Source of the DNA: Octopus sinensis
Taxonomy: Eukaryota
Reading direction: 5' to 3'
NCBI RefSeq assembly: GCF_006345805.1
Contig: NC_043018.1
Coordinates: forward strand, 25,172,001-25,236,000
Length of the DNA: 64,000 nucleotides
Part shown: in pieces, positions 14,095 to 28,556 of the stretch
Layout of the letters: every line of letters begins with the position of its first letter
Position numbering within the stretch: position 1 is the stretch's first letter
Position numbers and translations under genes: made by a program
The notes under the pieces: generated by a model
Told to the model about the DNA's origin: nothing
Database searches by the model: none
Seen by the model: only the letters and a program-made list of their open reading frames with translations

Positions 14095-14295
14095 CAGCGG
14101 TTTTCAACCAGGGTTCCGCCTGTACAGTCCAGGTGTTCCGCAAGAAGTTACAAAACTGCTAAAATCGTCAGTAATTTTTAATTCTCCTGTGCAGATATGT
14201 GTGCATAAGACTATTAAATTATTGCACAGGGGTTCCTCGAGCCAGTGGAATGTTTCCTTGGGGTTCCCCTCCAGCAAAAAGTTTGAAAAGCACTG
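14095..14295. mobile_element. hAT (Charlie-like) MITE
   Basis: CAGCGGTTTTCAAC...TTTGAAAAGCACTG termini; TSD TATTGGAT/GATTGGAT (7 of 8 match). Confidence 0.7.
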
Positions 14296-14443
14296 GATTG
14301 GATAAATAACTAAAGACTCAGTAACTTTGAAGTAGTCAAGCTGGACTGTAATTGCTGATAGATTATGCTTCACATGCTGCATGCTGTGTGTGCATCGGTG
14401 AGGTCAGTTTTGTCCAGATTGAGATACAATCTTTCACATTTAA

Positions 14444-14838
14444 CCTTTTAGCATTTAGATTATTCTGTCGAATGTGACGGTTATTAGTTAGCTTCAAGAT
14501 GTTGATGATGTAATTGCTTATTTTAAGAATGGCATTGTTGAGTAAGTATGAGAGGTGGAATCTGGCTGGTTTGAACATGAAACAGGGAGAATATTTGGAC
14601 TAGATATGGCCAGTTTAACCCTTTGGCAGTTAATCCGGCCATATCCGACCAAAATATTCTACCTGTTATATGTTCAAACCAGCCAGATTCCGCCTCTTGC
14701 ACCTGCCCTACAATGTCATTTAAAAAATAAACAATCACATCATCAAAATTACCAAACTACAAGACAATGCAGGATTAATTCAAAATGATGCGAATGGATA
14801 AGCTTTTGACAAAGAAATCTGAAGGATAAAAGGATTAA
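14444..14838. mobile_element. piggyBac-like MITE, family 2: two opposed copies, one apparently nested in the other
   Basis: Minus copy 14444-14614 and plus copy 14619-14834 joined at TTAA 14615-14618; the ORF track gives near-identical peptides on both strands. Confidence 0.7.
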
Positions 14839-15888
14839 TGCTGAACAAAATGACGGCACAACCACAGCTCTTAGGCATAAAAAACAAATCAACAGCTAAT
14901 TGATATTTATCTAATGATAGTTATATGGATCGTGATGATGATGATGCCATCAGATAAGGAAGACTCCACCTGCGTTCTCGATACGTAGGTAATATTATCT
15001 TAAGATTTAAGCTCTGTATTTTTTTTTTTAAGTATTGTTTCGACGGTACAGGTTCTGATCGTCCAAGCGCTCTTGAGTTCACTCTGTACTTATTGCTAGT
15101 CTGTATTCAGTATTTGAAATGCCAAATATCAAAGAACTCTGTAAATATTAACAACTTTGATAATTCCTCAAATTCTCCTCTCTCTCTCACCCCCCCTCCT
15201 CATTTTGGAAATTATGAGGGGCAGTGCCTGTGGACTCTACCTCCTCGACCCTGCCAGGACTAGTAGACAGAGAAGATGGATTCATGCCAACCTGGCTAAG
15301 ATCACCTCTGGTTCTATGAAATAAATTTCCTGTTCAGAGTAATTTTAATTTAAACCTTCCATCAAAATTCCATGTTAATTTGTTCCAAACAGCATCTTAA
15401 TATCAACAAAGTTATTCTACTAAATTCTTTGTTCTCAAAATTAATTGAAACGACGACAGTTTGTCTCAACAGAGATATAGTAACAGAGCCGTTCATGGCA
15501 ACAGAATGTGCCCAAAAGTAACAGATAATTTTGCATAGCAAAAGAGTTTTCCTGGGTTTCATCTAGTGACAGGAGTGAAAATGGTTTATTTTATACTACA
15601 CAGGAACTATAATTTTGATATTTTTTGTCTTTTTTTTTTATCCTTCTAGAAAGCTGCATAAATTAATGTAATTAATTATAGAATACAAATATCAAATAAT
15701 CAATTAATTAGATCTTGTTACAACCGTATAAACCCCTTCTGTGCACAGTTATATACTCAGCACTCAACATCATTTGATCTTTTTGTTTCTTTTCTTCTTG
15801 AATTCTTCGATCACGTTAAATAATATTCTACACCATCTGACTTAAGATTGCAGAACTAAACACAAATCAAAATTATTGAACACATAAA

Positions 15889-15956
<68 letters not shown>

Positions 15957-16779
15957 TAATATATATATGTCCTATGTGTTTTTTTTATTTTCATTGCTTT
16001 TTTTCTAACTTATTTTTTCTCTTGTTTCTATCCTACTGATGAAACTTTTTTCTTTAGAAGACCATGAAACTATTTTTTTCCTCCCATTTCCTCAAAATTT
16101 CTCTAATTATTGTGAAGCTTCTATTTTATCTTCATTTGTGTTTCTTAAATTTGTTTCTTTCTGTGTTTGTGTGTTTCAATCTATCGTATTAATCAATTCA
16201 TTTTCTTTCTTTCAACATCTTAACGACAGCTTCCAATGTATCTGGCTTCACCCTAATAGCCACACTAATAACCAACTACAAACATAGAGCATAGGGGCTA
16301 GCTCTTGCTTTTAGCATCATCATATTCTTATAAATTTCAAAGTTGACATGATAGAATGAGTTAAGGAATTTTTTTCCTAAAACTGAGTAGTGAGCACAGT
16401 GTTGACTGAATATTATTATTGTAATTATAATACCTGCTTGAGGAAAGAAATCTACAAATCATTCTAGGCATTAATTCAAAGCTGCTCAAATGAATTAAAT
16501 TGCAATATGCAATTTCCTTTTGGCATCTGCTGAATGTTATTTCACCAGACATTCCATGTCTAGATATGCCAGCATTAAATGAACACACACATATTTTATT
16601 TGTGGATTAACACTGCTACCAATGGTTTTATGCAGTGCATTTCCACAATTTTCTTCAAGTGTTCTACTTAAGAATATTGGTAGCAGAGTTAATTTCACAA
16701 ATAAAGAATATATTTATCTTCCAGATCCTGTCTTGAGCATATACTCACACTATTTGCCACTATCATGCTTGTGTGTATA

Positions 16780-16817
<38 letters not shown>

Positions 16818-17559
16818 AGGTCAATATTAATTAGATTTTAACTAAATACTAGTAACAGTAATATTGCCAAGTTATATTTCTCCTGTGCTGCAGTACAGTT
16901 ATTGCAGCTAAATCTACTATTTAATTACTATAGCTTACTTTAATATTAATTACTTAGATTTTAGCTAATTGCTAGTAAACTTAATATTGCTAAGTTATCT
17001 CTCCAGTAATCCATCACAATCTCATTACTATTCTGCTGTTCCTTCTATTTGTTTTATTGTTTCTCCACATGACTTCTCTGTGTGTTTCAAACTCTTCATC
17101 CACCTCCATCTTGTGGTGTTCCTTTATATTCTGGAATTGTGTGGATCACTTGATGTACTACACTTGCCACTACTATTACTACTACTGTTACCACTATTGT
17201 TCATTTCACTCCCTGAACCGCCACCCCCATAACAAATTGTTTCTGTCTGATCTGCACCTTTCAACATATTTACTTACGCACACTCACGTACGTATACATA
17301 TATATAAGTATATGTTGACTTATACACATATATATGCACACATAAATATATATATATATAAATATATAATATGTGTGTGTATATATATGAGTGTATATAA
17401 TATATTTATATACATGTATATATATAATCATCATCATCATAATATATTATACATATATGCATTATATATACATACATATATATGCATACATATATATATA
17501 TATGCATACATATATATATATATATTAATATATATATATATATGCATACATACATATAT

Positions 17560-17616
<57 letters not shown>

Positions 17617-19966
17617 ATCCTCACACACATTCATACACGACCCTTGTTTTAATGTGGTCTGTATTCTTGTTCTGGTGAAACTTGGCATGAGTAGTGGAAG
17701 GGAGTCGAGAAGCTACCAAATCGAGACAGTTCTCACACCATTTGTGAAAGACACTTCCCTATTTATTTACTGATAATTTATCATTTTACTGACACCCCCC
17801 CCCCTTATCTCCACTCCCTATGCTAATATTGTCTTGGGGGTGCTTTGATGCATAAGTAGGTCTTCTCCGTTTAACCTAACCTGCTAAATTTAAAGGTTTT
17901 GATTTCAGATTTTTTTTTTTTAAATATACCTTGTGCCAAAATTTAAAACCAATGTTTTAATAAATATGAGGCAGCAAGCAGGCAAAATTGTTGGTACACT
18001 GGGTGAAATGCTTAGCAGCATTTTGATATTCTGAGTTCAAATACCGCCGAGGCCAACTTTGTCTTTTGACCTTTTGGGGCTCAGTAAAATAAAATATCAT
18101 TTAGGCACTGGAGTAACTGATTTATGCAGCACCCCTTACCCTTAACTTGCTGGCCTTGTGCCAAAATTTGAAAACAATATTTTGATAAATTTTTAAATAT
18201 TAAAAGAATATATATTTAAAAAAATATCAAATACTTTTTTTTCTAAAAAATAGCAAAAAGTGTCTTTGAAAAATTTGTGAGAACTGTGCTGCCTTGGTTT
18301 TTTTTTTTTTTTTTTTTTTTTCGTTGACTCCCATCCATGCTCTCTATAATTAATAATAATAATTATTATTATAATGAATTTGTCTTGTCAAGGAATGCCT
18401 TTGCTGCATCCTAGCAGCTCTAGTAGTGTTCTGCAGTCTGATATGGCGTGGAATGCAGACAGACGTCATGTAAATGCATTGATTTCTTTTTCTTTTCTTT
18501 TTTTCTTCAAGATTAAACAACTTTTTTTTTCATCTCCAGTTTTTTTTATTACTTTTTTTTAAATTCATATTTGTATGTTTGCTGCCTTTTCTAAAAAATA
18601 TATTTCTTTTCTTCTTTCTTTGAATCAAAACTTAATTCTTTTCTCTTGATTTTTTTTTTTTTTTTTTCTTATCTCCTTCTACTCCCAAATATAAGCGATG
18701 CATTTTTTGCAGTCTCTGCAAACTCTGTCCTCTGATGTCTTTCCAATTTTGCATCAACTCAACAATTTGTCCTGTTTTTATTATCATTATTATGTTTTTA
18801 TTATTATTATTATTACTATTACGATTTCTTGCTGCTAACTCTTGCTGACTTTTCCCTCCAAATTCTCTGAAATCAATCTCACCATGATACACGTGTGTTA
18901 AAAAAAAAACCCAAAGAAATAATAATTAATTATAAATTGATCGTCTATTGATCATGCCTGAAGTATTCTACTCCTGCTGCCCATCATCCTTAACTAATAT
19001 AAATATATTCTTCATCTTCTTTTATATGTATGTGTATGTTTCTATGTGTATATGTATGTGTGTATGCTTCTTTGTGTATATGTGTTGAGAGGTCTTTTTT
19101 CTTAATTGTTGATTACAATGTATTTAATACAACCAAAGACCATCCTTCTCACTCACTCTCTCTCTCATTCCCTCTCTATCCCTCCCTCCCTCCCTCTCCT
19201 TTATAGTTATCTCTGTATGGTGGTAATGCATTGTTCTTTACTTCCAAGTCAACAGTGATTGAACAAGCCTATTGTCCAAGTTGTTCCAGCCACGACTCTC
19301 CCAGACTACATTGTACATAACATTTTTAAGGCAGTATGTTCTGATTTGAGAAAGATTTGGATGCTATTTCTAGCATGTTGAGAAATCATGCAGAGACACC
19401 CTCATTTGACACGTACTTTTTAGCATTTGCACATAACCTGCTAGAAATAGCAACCAAAATTCTCACATCATATAAAAAAAAAACCCTTCAGTCATGAATG
19501 ACCATGGAGCTGCACCCAGAAAATTCCCCTCCAAGCCACAAGTCTGGGCAAGGTTGTTTATGGAAGACCATTAGTTGCACATGCATACCAGCCTCCCCTC
19601 TCCACACTACTGCCCAATGTTATCCAAGAAGAAGGCAAAGGCAAAGGCCAATGCAGCTTGGCGCCAGTGATGTTGCAACTTATTTCTACAGCTGAGTGAA
19701 CTGGTGCAACATGAACTAAAGAGCAACACACAGCTTGGTCCAGGAATTGAACTCACTGTCTTGTGACTGTGAGCCTGACACTCTAATCTCTGAACCAAGT
19801 GCCTTCACTTCACATCATCTTAAAAACTGGAGGGCACATTGCATTATGTGGATGCTCAATGCAATGTGCTCTAAAAAAAAGATGAGGCAATTAATGCTTG
19901 AACACCTTTGATCATAGATCTACAATAACCTGACTGGAATATTGCTCTTTCTATATTGTCCTATTC

Positions 19967-20200
19967 AAGGCGGTGAGCTGGCAGAAACGTTAGCACGTCG
20001 GGCAAAATGCATAGCCGTATTTCGTCTGTCATTACATTCCGAGTTCAAATTCCGCCGAGGTCAACTTTGCCTTTCATCCTTTCGGGGGTCGATAAATTAA
20101 GTACAAGCTACGCACTGGGGTCGATGTAATCAACTTAATCCCTTTGTCTGTCCTTGTTTGTCCCCTCTGTGTTTAGCCCCTTGTGGGTAGTAAAGAAATA
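19967..20200 (+). mobile_element. tRNA-derived SINE, family B
   Basis: Head GGCGGTGAGCTGGCAGAA, B-box-like GAGTTCAAATTCC, central GGTCAACTTTGCCTTTCATCCTTTCGGGG..GATAAATTAAGTAC; further copies at about 17965, 21460, 35935, 49500, 49700 and 58460. Confidence 0.85.
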
Positions 20201-21670
20201 TATATTGTCCTATCTCTGTTTCTGTCACCTACTCCTTATCTGTGTATTTGTCACCTCCTTCCCTTCCTCTCCTTTCTATGTTTCTCACTCTCTTGCTCTT
20301 ATTTAATTCCTTCCTCTCTATATATTAGTTTCTCTCTCTCTCTTTCTCAAACACACACACACATTCCCTCTCTTGTCTCTCTTCTGCATGTGTAGTACAT
20401 TAACCAAAAATGACTGAATGAATGAGCTGGTGATATGGGCTATTACTGGTAGTCGACCGCATGATGTAGCAGAATGGAATTTGGACAAATAGACTTACTG
20501 ATATTATTTTTTTTTTATTCTTCATTCACTTGTTTTTGTTTATTATTGTTATTGCTGTTGTTGTTGTTGTTTATAATTGTTATTGTTACTGGTGGTGAAA
20601 TACAATCTATATTTATTTGTCTCAGCATATGTGATCATTGCATGCCATTGTGGTGATGATGGCTTTAGCAATCAACCGTTCCTGCTTTCAATAACTCTTT
20701 GTGATATTCTGAAGGTTTACAAATTCAAATCCGGTTGCCTTGTGTCTAACCAAAAACTGGATTATTTGAAGAAATTTCTCATCCTATGCAAAATGAAAGC
20801 TTTAATTTTATAACACTTGTTTTCAATATTTCAAATGTGACTTTCTTGTGGGAAGAAAATGGACAAAATTGAAATCTTGGGGACAAGTTTCAAAGAATTT
20901 TTTTCTTTTTTTTTTTTTTAAACATTATTGCATGCAGGCAATTATAATATCCAGCAATAGTTGCAGATTTATTGGCATCTGAAATGTGTGGATATGTTTA
21001 TGTTCATTCATCCACAACTGTTTGGCAACCAGTGTTGGTTTGTTTATGCCCCCTGTAACTGAGGACTTCAGTAAAAAAGGGAACTGATACACTAAGTACC
21101 AGTCTTTAAAAAGATAAGTGCTGGGGTCAGTTTATTCGACTAAAACCCTTCAAGGCTGTGCTCCATCATGGCCACACTCAAGTGACTAAAACTAGTAAAA
21201 GATAAGATATCCTGAACAGAGGTTGTGGGGTGCCTTACCAAAAACTTAACTTTGTTGTTGCCTTGAGAAAATATTCTGGGCACACATCATAAAGTGGTTG
21301 GCAGTAGGAAAGGTATCTAGTTGTAGAAACCAAACTAAACAGTACATTCAAACCCCAGCAGTGGCTCCCAATAAGAAATGGCTCAGGCTGTGACAACCTG
21401 TCCAAGACACACCAACATACAAAGCAGATACGAAATTATATATATATATATATATACTAACATGGTGAGCTTGCAGAAATGTTAGCATGGTGGGTGAAAT
21501 GCTTAGCGGCATTTTGTCTGTCTTTATGTTCTGAGCTCAAATTCCGCCGAGGTCAACTTTGCCTGTCATCCTTTCGGGGTCAATAAATTAAGTACCAGTT
21601 GTGAATTGGAGTTGACCTAACGACTGACCTCCTCTCCAAAAATTTCGGACCTTGCGCCTAGAGAAGAAAA

Positions 21671-21711
<41 letters not shown>

Positions 21712-21713
<2 letters not shown>

Positions 21714-22123
21714 CGCAGGAGTGGCTGTGTGGTAAGTAGCTTGCTAACCAACCACATGGTTCCGGGTTCAGTCCCACTGCGTGGCACTTTGGGCAAGTGT
21801 CTTCTACTATAGCCTCGGGCCGACCAATGCCTTGTGAGTGGATTTGGTAGACGGAAACTGAAAGAAGCCCGTCGTATATATGTATATATATATACGTGTG
21901 TGTGTTTGTGTGAATGTGCTTGTCCCCCTAGCATTGCTTGACAACCGATGCTGGTGTGTTTATGTCCCCGTTACCTAGCGGTTCGGCAAAAGAGACCGAT
22001 AGAATAAGTACTGGGCTTACAAAAGAATAAGTCCGGGGTCGAGTTGCTCGATTTAAGGCGGTGCTCCAGCATGGCCGCAGTCAAATGACTGAAACAAGTA
22101 AAAGAGTAAAAGAGTAAAAGAGT
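21712..22123 (+). mobile_element. SINE family A, young full-length copy
   Basis: Intact tRNA-like head and repeated AAAAGAGT tail; nearly identical to the copies at 34005, 35140 and 47261. Confidence 0.9.
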
Positions 22124-22211
22124 ATATATTGTTATACCTTGGGAGGGTCACTATGCCAATAGTAAATTCAATTTCACTTCTTTATTATAAGTCAATTGGT
22201 TACATATTTAA

Positions 22212-22432
22212 CCCTTTCGTTACCAACCCGGCTGAAACCGGCTCTGGCTCTTTAGTACAAATGTCTGGTTTTCAAAAGTTCTGAATTAAAACCTTCCACC
22301 AAACCTTAGTCACAATTTATGTCCCTAACTCTAGCTTAATGATAACGATGTTATTTTACTTAATTCTTTGTTATATTTAACATAATTGGAAGAAACACTG
22401 AGCATCTCAAAATAAATTCAGTAATGAAAGGG
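22212..22432 (+). mobile_element. piggyBac-like MITE, family 1
   Basis: TIRs CCCTTTCGTTAC / GTAATGAAAGGG flanked by TTAA at 22208-22211 and 22433-22436. Confidence 0.8.
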
Positions 22433-23734
22433 TTAACCAACTAACTAATCAATTGCTTGTAAAAGCCAAGTACAAAAAGGATGTATGTATCTGTATATAT
22501 ATAAAATGTGCTCTTGAATCAAAGATCAAGGAGACCAAAATCCAAAGAGGTCTCAATATGAGAAATTTGGATGAACTATAGACCAAATAATTTTGTTTAG
22601 CAAATTTATTGTTTTGGCAAAGAGTCTATGCAAATTCAGCTTTTGACCACCAGCCATATTCTTGCTTTCAAACTGGAAAAAGACCAATAAATAAATTTTT
22701 GTCTGCATATTGGTATCTTAAGTGTCTAGAATTAAGCAAAAATATATTTATTTCATTTGAAATTATAATGAGAAAAAAGACAAAATTGGTTAAGCTTTTA
22801 GCCAGAGATATTCTAGTTATCTGGAGACATTCCAAGCTACAACCAAATCATTATAGAATTGGTGCTGGCATAGTTTTGATTTGTCATTTCTAAAATTATT
22901 CCTGCAATGCATGATGATGATGATAATATTGGATATAATGGAACTGGATTGCCATGGTTACAGATTGTAAGGAAAGTGACAGTTTTTAAGAGATGTTTGG
23001 GGTTTTTTGTTTTGTTTTTTGTTTTTGTTTTTTTCATTAAGGTGTTAAATTCTCACCCTGCCCTTCATAATTATAGGTTAAGTTCCTGGTAAACCGTGTC
23101 CAGTTCACTGTATTTTGACTCCAGTTGTTCCAGACATAGTGAAGGCACGTGACTCAGTGGTTAGAGTGTCAGGCTCACAATCGTGAAATAATGAGTTCGA
23201 TTCCCACCCTGGGCTGTGTGTTGTGTTCTTGAGTAACACACTTTATTTCACGTTGCTCCGGTTCACTCAGCTGTGGAAATGAGTTGCGACATCACTGGTG
23301 CCAAGCTGTATCAACCTTTGCCTTTCCCTTGGATAACATTGGTGGCATGGAGAGGAGAGGCTGGTATGCATGGGCGACTGCTGGTCTTCCATAAAACAAC
23401 CTTGCCTGGGCTTGTACCTCAGAGGGGAGCTTTCTAAGTGCAATCCATAGTCATTCATAACCAAAAGGGGTCTTTTTGTTCCAAACATGATTGTCTATTT
23501 ACTCCCCAAACTTACAGGCCTTGTGCTTATAATAAAACAAAAATTATTAATTATTACTGTGAAGTTAACAAGCTGACAACATCATTAGCTTGCTGGACAG
23601 AATGCTTAACCAATAGATTAAGTACCCATTGAGCTCTTGAGTTGATGAAACTGGCTGCATTCCTCCCCCAAAATTTCAGGCCTTATGCCTATGGTGGAAG
23701 AATTATTATTACCATTATTATTTGATGCCCTTAG

Positions 23735-23954
23735 CCCTTTCGATATCAACCTGGCTGAAACTACCTCTGGCTCTGTAGTACAGATGTCTTGTTTACAAAA
23801 GTTCTGAATAAAAATCTTCCGCCAAACCTTAGTCACAATTTATGTTCCTGACACTAGCTTAATGATAATGAGGTCATTTTATTAAATTCTTTGTTATATT
23901 TAAAATTAATTGAAGGAAGCAGAGCATCTCAACAGAAATATGGTAACAAAAGGG
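23735..23954 (+). mobile_element. piggyBac-like MITE, family 1 (diverged copy)
   Basis: Aligns with 22212-22432; ends in AAAGGGTTAA. Confidence 0.7.
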
Positions 23955-25419
23955 TTAAGGTGACAAACTGGGAGAATCATTTGTATGACAAAACGCTTAG
24001 CAGTATTTCTTCTGGGTTTTACCACCACCAAAGTCAACTTTGCCGTTCATTCTTTGGGTGAGGTGATAAAATAGGTACCAGTTGAGCACTGGGATCAATC
24101 TGATTAACCTGCTCCCTATCCCAGAATTGCTAGCATCATGCTTATAGTAGAAAGGGTTATTTGAATCCCTTTTTTAAAATATTGTTGGTGGTCATACATT
24201 CTCCTTTCCCCTCCTACCCCATAATTTCCTGGAGACAATTTTTGTTACCGTAACAGGAGTTTTGTTAATGTAAGGGGCAACATCAGAAACTATATATCTC
24301 TATGTCTTAAACTTATTACCAGGAGTATCTTTAGGGGTTAGGTGGAAGGTGAGAATTTTTAGTTTGTGCAATATTGCTGTTGTTATTGTTGTTTTGTCTC
24401 TCCTCATTTCACCCACCCACCCTCCAATGCATAAAAAATATAAACAGCTAAGGGTTTTGTTTTTTACAGCTCTAATTTCACATACCTTTATATTTCCTCC
24501 TCCCACCCCCCTCAGCAAAAACAAGACACCTTTCCCCCTCCCCCCACCTACCACCCAAACTGTAACTTCACTTAATTTCATGTCTGCCTGATAACAGCTT
24601 TAATAAGATTATCATGTAAAGCAATTCCTTGGGACATTAAACATTCCCACGAGGCCATCGCCATCGGTACCACCCTACTCTCATCCACCCAACCAACCAA
24701 CCCCTCTCCTCTCTCAACCCCACCCACCCCACCACCACCACACACGCATAATCTTTCACTTGATAAATTAGATTGGGGGGTAAACTTATCTCATCATACC
24801 TCCAGGTAGATGGGGGTGGGGTGGACAAGCGGGTACTTACTATAAAGTAAGAGCAATCAGATATGTAATGTACATGATGAATGTGTGTGTGTATATATAC
24901 GCACACATACATATGTGTGTATGTATGTAAGATATGTGTTATATATTCAATGCAGAGAGATTTCTCCTTCCCCCACCCCCAGCCTATCAGCCACTCCCAA
25001 TCTATCACCCAAAGGACCATTATCTGTTACGCATGTTTTATCCTACTTAACATAACATTTTTTGTATTATTTCTCTCATTTGTATAAATACATACATATG
25101 TACATGTATGTGTGTGTGTGTATATACATATATATATATATATGTATGTATGTATATATATGTATATATGTCTAATTTTTGAATCTAAGCATGTTTTCCC
25201 CACCTATTGCCAATATATATTTTTTTCCTTTCTGTTAAAGGTCATGTTTTCTTTATTATAATTATTATTATTTCAAGCAGGAAATCTTCCATAAATCGCC
25301 GCCGGTCCCAGGTGGACGTTAAACTATTTGGCTATTAATGTTTAATAATGAATAATAATTGATTAATTAATTGTTCTCCAATTATTGACAGTACTGCTCT
25401 ATATACATATATGCATACA

Positions 25420-25467
<48 letters not shown>

Positions 25468-26678
25468 CAATACTATCTATTTACCAATAGTTTGTGGTAT
25501 TTGGTTTTATCCCCCTTACATTTCTGAGTTCAAATTTCATCAACGTTGATTTCCTTTTTCATTCTTTTGGGATATAAGTTTAAAGTATCATTGATGTACC
25601 AAGACTGATTAATTCACTTTACGCCTCTCCCCCTTAAATGTTTTCACCCTTGTATCTCCATTACAAATATCATTGTCATTTTTACCACTACTACTGCTAA
25701 ATTTACATTCATTAATCAAAAATAGAAGTGCTTTTTTGTTAATCATTTAACATATCGGGGTGGGGAGGACGAAACAATAAAAATAATTTATATTTGTTGT
25801 TAGATTTTTTTATAAATAATATTTGGTAAATTAAATATTTATAAAATGTAAAAATAATTTTTTTTCTATATTGTTTGTTCAAACATATTTGTTATATATT
25901 ATATGTATATATATATGTATGTTTATTTTATTTTATGAATCATTGGTTTCTTGATGCAAGTTTTCTTAAATCTTAACTCATTTTTCCCTTCGAAAGCATC
26001 ACGTACCATTTCGGTCATTCGTTCTTTTGCATGACTCTCTCTTTCCTCCGTCTACATGTTTCTGTTTTCTGCATGTATTTATGTATGTATGTTACTATAT
26101 GTGTGTGTGTTTATCCATATGGGAAGTATACAAATGCACACACATGCATGCACACACATGCATACATACATACATCTCAAAAACAAAAACATGGTGATGA
26201 TTTGGAATGTCGTAGATCTGATGTATTATGGCCCGAAGTCTCTTTCAATCATTCCTCTCATTCTTCTTATTATTATAACATTTTTCTTCTTCCTCTCTTC
26301 TTAAAATTAATCTTTGGAATGTCATTAACAAAAAGTAGTTTGAAATCAGCAACATATAAGGCATTTTATTTTATCAATCCTATTATTTTTTAAACTTGAT
26401 ATTATACCGTGTCTGCATTGTAATTCAGTGGAATTCAACACTTATTAGATACATTAACATGTAAAGACTTTTGTTTTTCTCCTCCTCCTCTTCTCTCTCC
26501 CACTCTGCTTCTCTTTATGTTGGTAAGATTTTAAAAGTTCGATCCTTCGACTTTAGTACATGCGGTTGGTAAGTATAGTTATTTCAAACATAGTCTGTCT
26601 AAATCTCTTCTCTTCATCTCTATCTTTTCTCTATAAATTAAATCCCAGGTTTTTGTTTATATATGTGCCCTTTAAGAT

Positions 26679-26922
26679 CAGCGGTTCTCAACCAGGGTCC
26701 ATATAAAATTTTATTTTATAAGCTATAAATTGGTAATATTTCTACAATACACAAAATATTTCAATTTTTTTTTTATTCAGTTCCTAATAATATTTAATTA
26801 TAAAAATATAATGGTACCTTTTTGTTTTCATGTTTATTAAATGTCCATGAAGTTCCAGTAGAGTAAAATTGGAACCAAAGGGGTCCATAGGCAAAAAAAA
26901 AAAAAATGGTTGAGAATCACTG
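26679..26922. mobile_element. hAT (Charlie-like) MITE
   Basis: CAGCGGTTCTCAACC...GGTTGAGAATCACTG TIRs; right flank CTCTAGAT, left flank TTTAAGAT (degenerate TSD). Confidence 0.7.
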
Positions 26923-27369
26923 CTCTAGATTTTTGCTGAAAATGTTAAGGAATTTTGTCAACCACTTTAGGGTACTCTTGTAGTTAGAATATGGATAAGA
27001 ATAGGGATTTTTGCAGAAATTCATTTACGTATGTTTTGAGTAAGGTACTATTGGTTTTTCAAATATAGAAAACTTTCTTTTTAAATGCATGTACACATGT
27101 GTACATGCATTCGTGTTTTCCAAGATTTAGTCTGGAGTTAGTATCTTTGGTCATAAACCATGTGGTCCCAGGGTTGATCTCACAGCACCATTCCTTGTGC
27201 AAGTGTTTTATACAATAGCATCAAACAGACCCAGTACCATACAAGTGAAAATTTGGGAGACAAACTGCAGATACAGATGGGGATGGAGGGAGGATGTATC
27301 AGTTTTTGGTCGCAAAATTATTGATCCTTTGTTCTGCTGTTCTACTTTTAGTGTAGTTATTTGATTTCA

Positions 27370-27501
27370 TCTGCATGTTCTGAATTCAGAGTCAATGAAA
27401 TAAGTACCAGTTGAATACTGGGGGGGGGGGTCAATGTAATCAACTAGCTCCCCCTCCCCACAAAAATTTCAGATTTGGTACCTATAGTAGAAAGGATGAT
27501 G

Positions 27502-27542
<41 letters not shown>

Positions 27543-28080
27543 CAAAGGTAGTGAGCTGGCAGAATCGTTAGCACACCAGGTGAAATGCTTAGTGGTATTT
27601 TGTTTACTGTTACGTTCTGAGTTAAAATTCCACCGGTGTCAACTTTGCCTTTCATCCTTTCAGGGTCAATTAAATAAGTACCTGTTATAATCAACTTAAT
27701 CCCTTCCTCCAAATTTGAGGCCTTGTGCTTCCAGTAGAAAGGATTATTATTATTATTATATTTTAAGTTTCGTCGAAGTTGACTTTACTTTTCATCCTTT
27801 TGGGGTTAATATAAAATAAGTACCAGTTGAACACTGGGGTCGATGTAATCAACTCATCCCCTCCTCCAAAACTGCTGCCCTTGTGACAAAATTTGGAACA
27901 TTATTATTATTTTATCATGGTCAATATTGCCCTTCATCCTTTCGGGGTCAACCAAGCTGTCGAGCTAGCAAAATCGTTTGCTCATTAGACAAAATGCCTT
28001 GCAGCATTTCTTCCAACCCTTTATGTTCTGAGTTCAAATCCTGTTGAGGTCAACTTTGCTTTTTCATCCAGTGAAAATTT
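27370..28080 (+). mobile_element. Cluster of SINE family B copies and fragments separated by (TAT)n
   Basis: At least four repeats of the family B central domain. Confidence 0.75.
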
Positions 28081-28556
28081 TGTAGAATATCCCGAATGGA
28101 AACCAGGAAGACCTAGATTGATCTGTTTTCTCATTTTATGTCTTGTTAGGTCCTCTTATTTTCTTCTTGTTTTATCTCCAGAACAGTTATGTCCATTCTG
28201 ATTTTCTAAGGGGTCTAAATTGTTTGTTTTTTTGTTTTTTCTTTTGAGAGCAAGAATAGGTTACTATTTCTAACAAGCCACTAAGAGAATCCTCCATTAT
28301 TACATTAGTTTGGTTTAATTAATAAATTCATGAGTTTCTTTGGAGTGAATTAACAGGTGTTATTACTAAGAATGTGACAGTGTTAACGATAACAATAACA
28401 TTATTATCATCAATGGTAGTCGATTCATTGCAGGTTACTAGTCGCCCTTCCTTTGTTGGTAATTACTTGCAAGTTAATTACTGGTGAACTTTTTTGTTGT
28501 TGTTGTTGGTACCTGTCTTCCAGTGAAGTTAAGAGAAAATTTTAAATACTTAATCA

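Noticed and set aside
18632-18892. Minus-strand 86-aa ORF
   Set aside because: Built partly from (AAT)n and poly-A tracts; no splice or homology support.
19967-20060. tRNA-like A/B boxes in SINE heads
   Set aside because: No complete cloverleaf and each continues into a SINE body; no true tRNA, rRNA or CRISPR array was found in the window.
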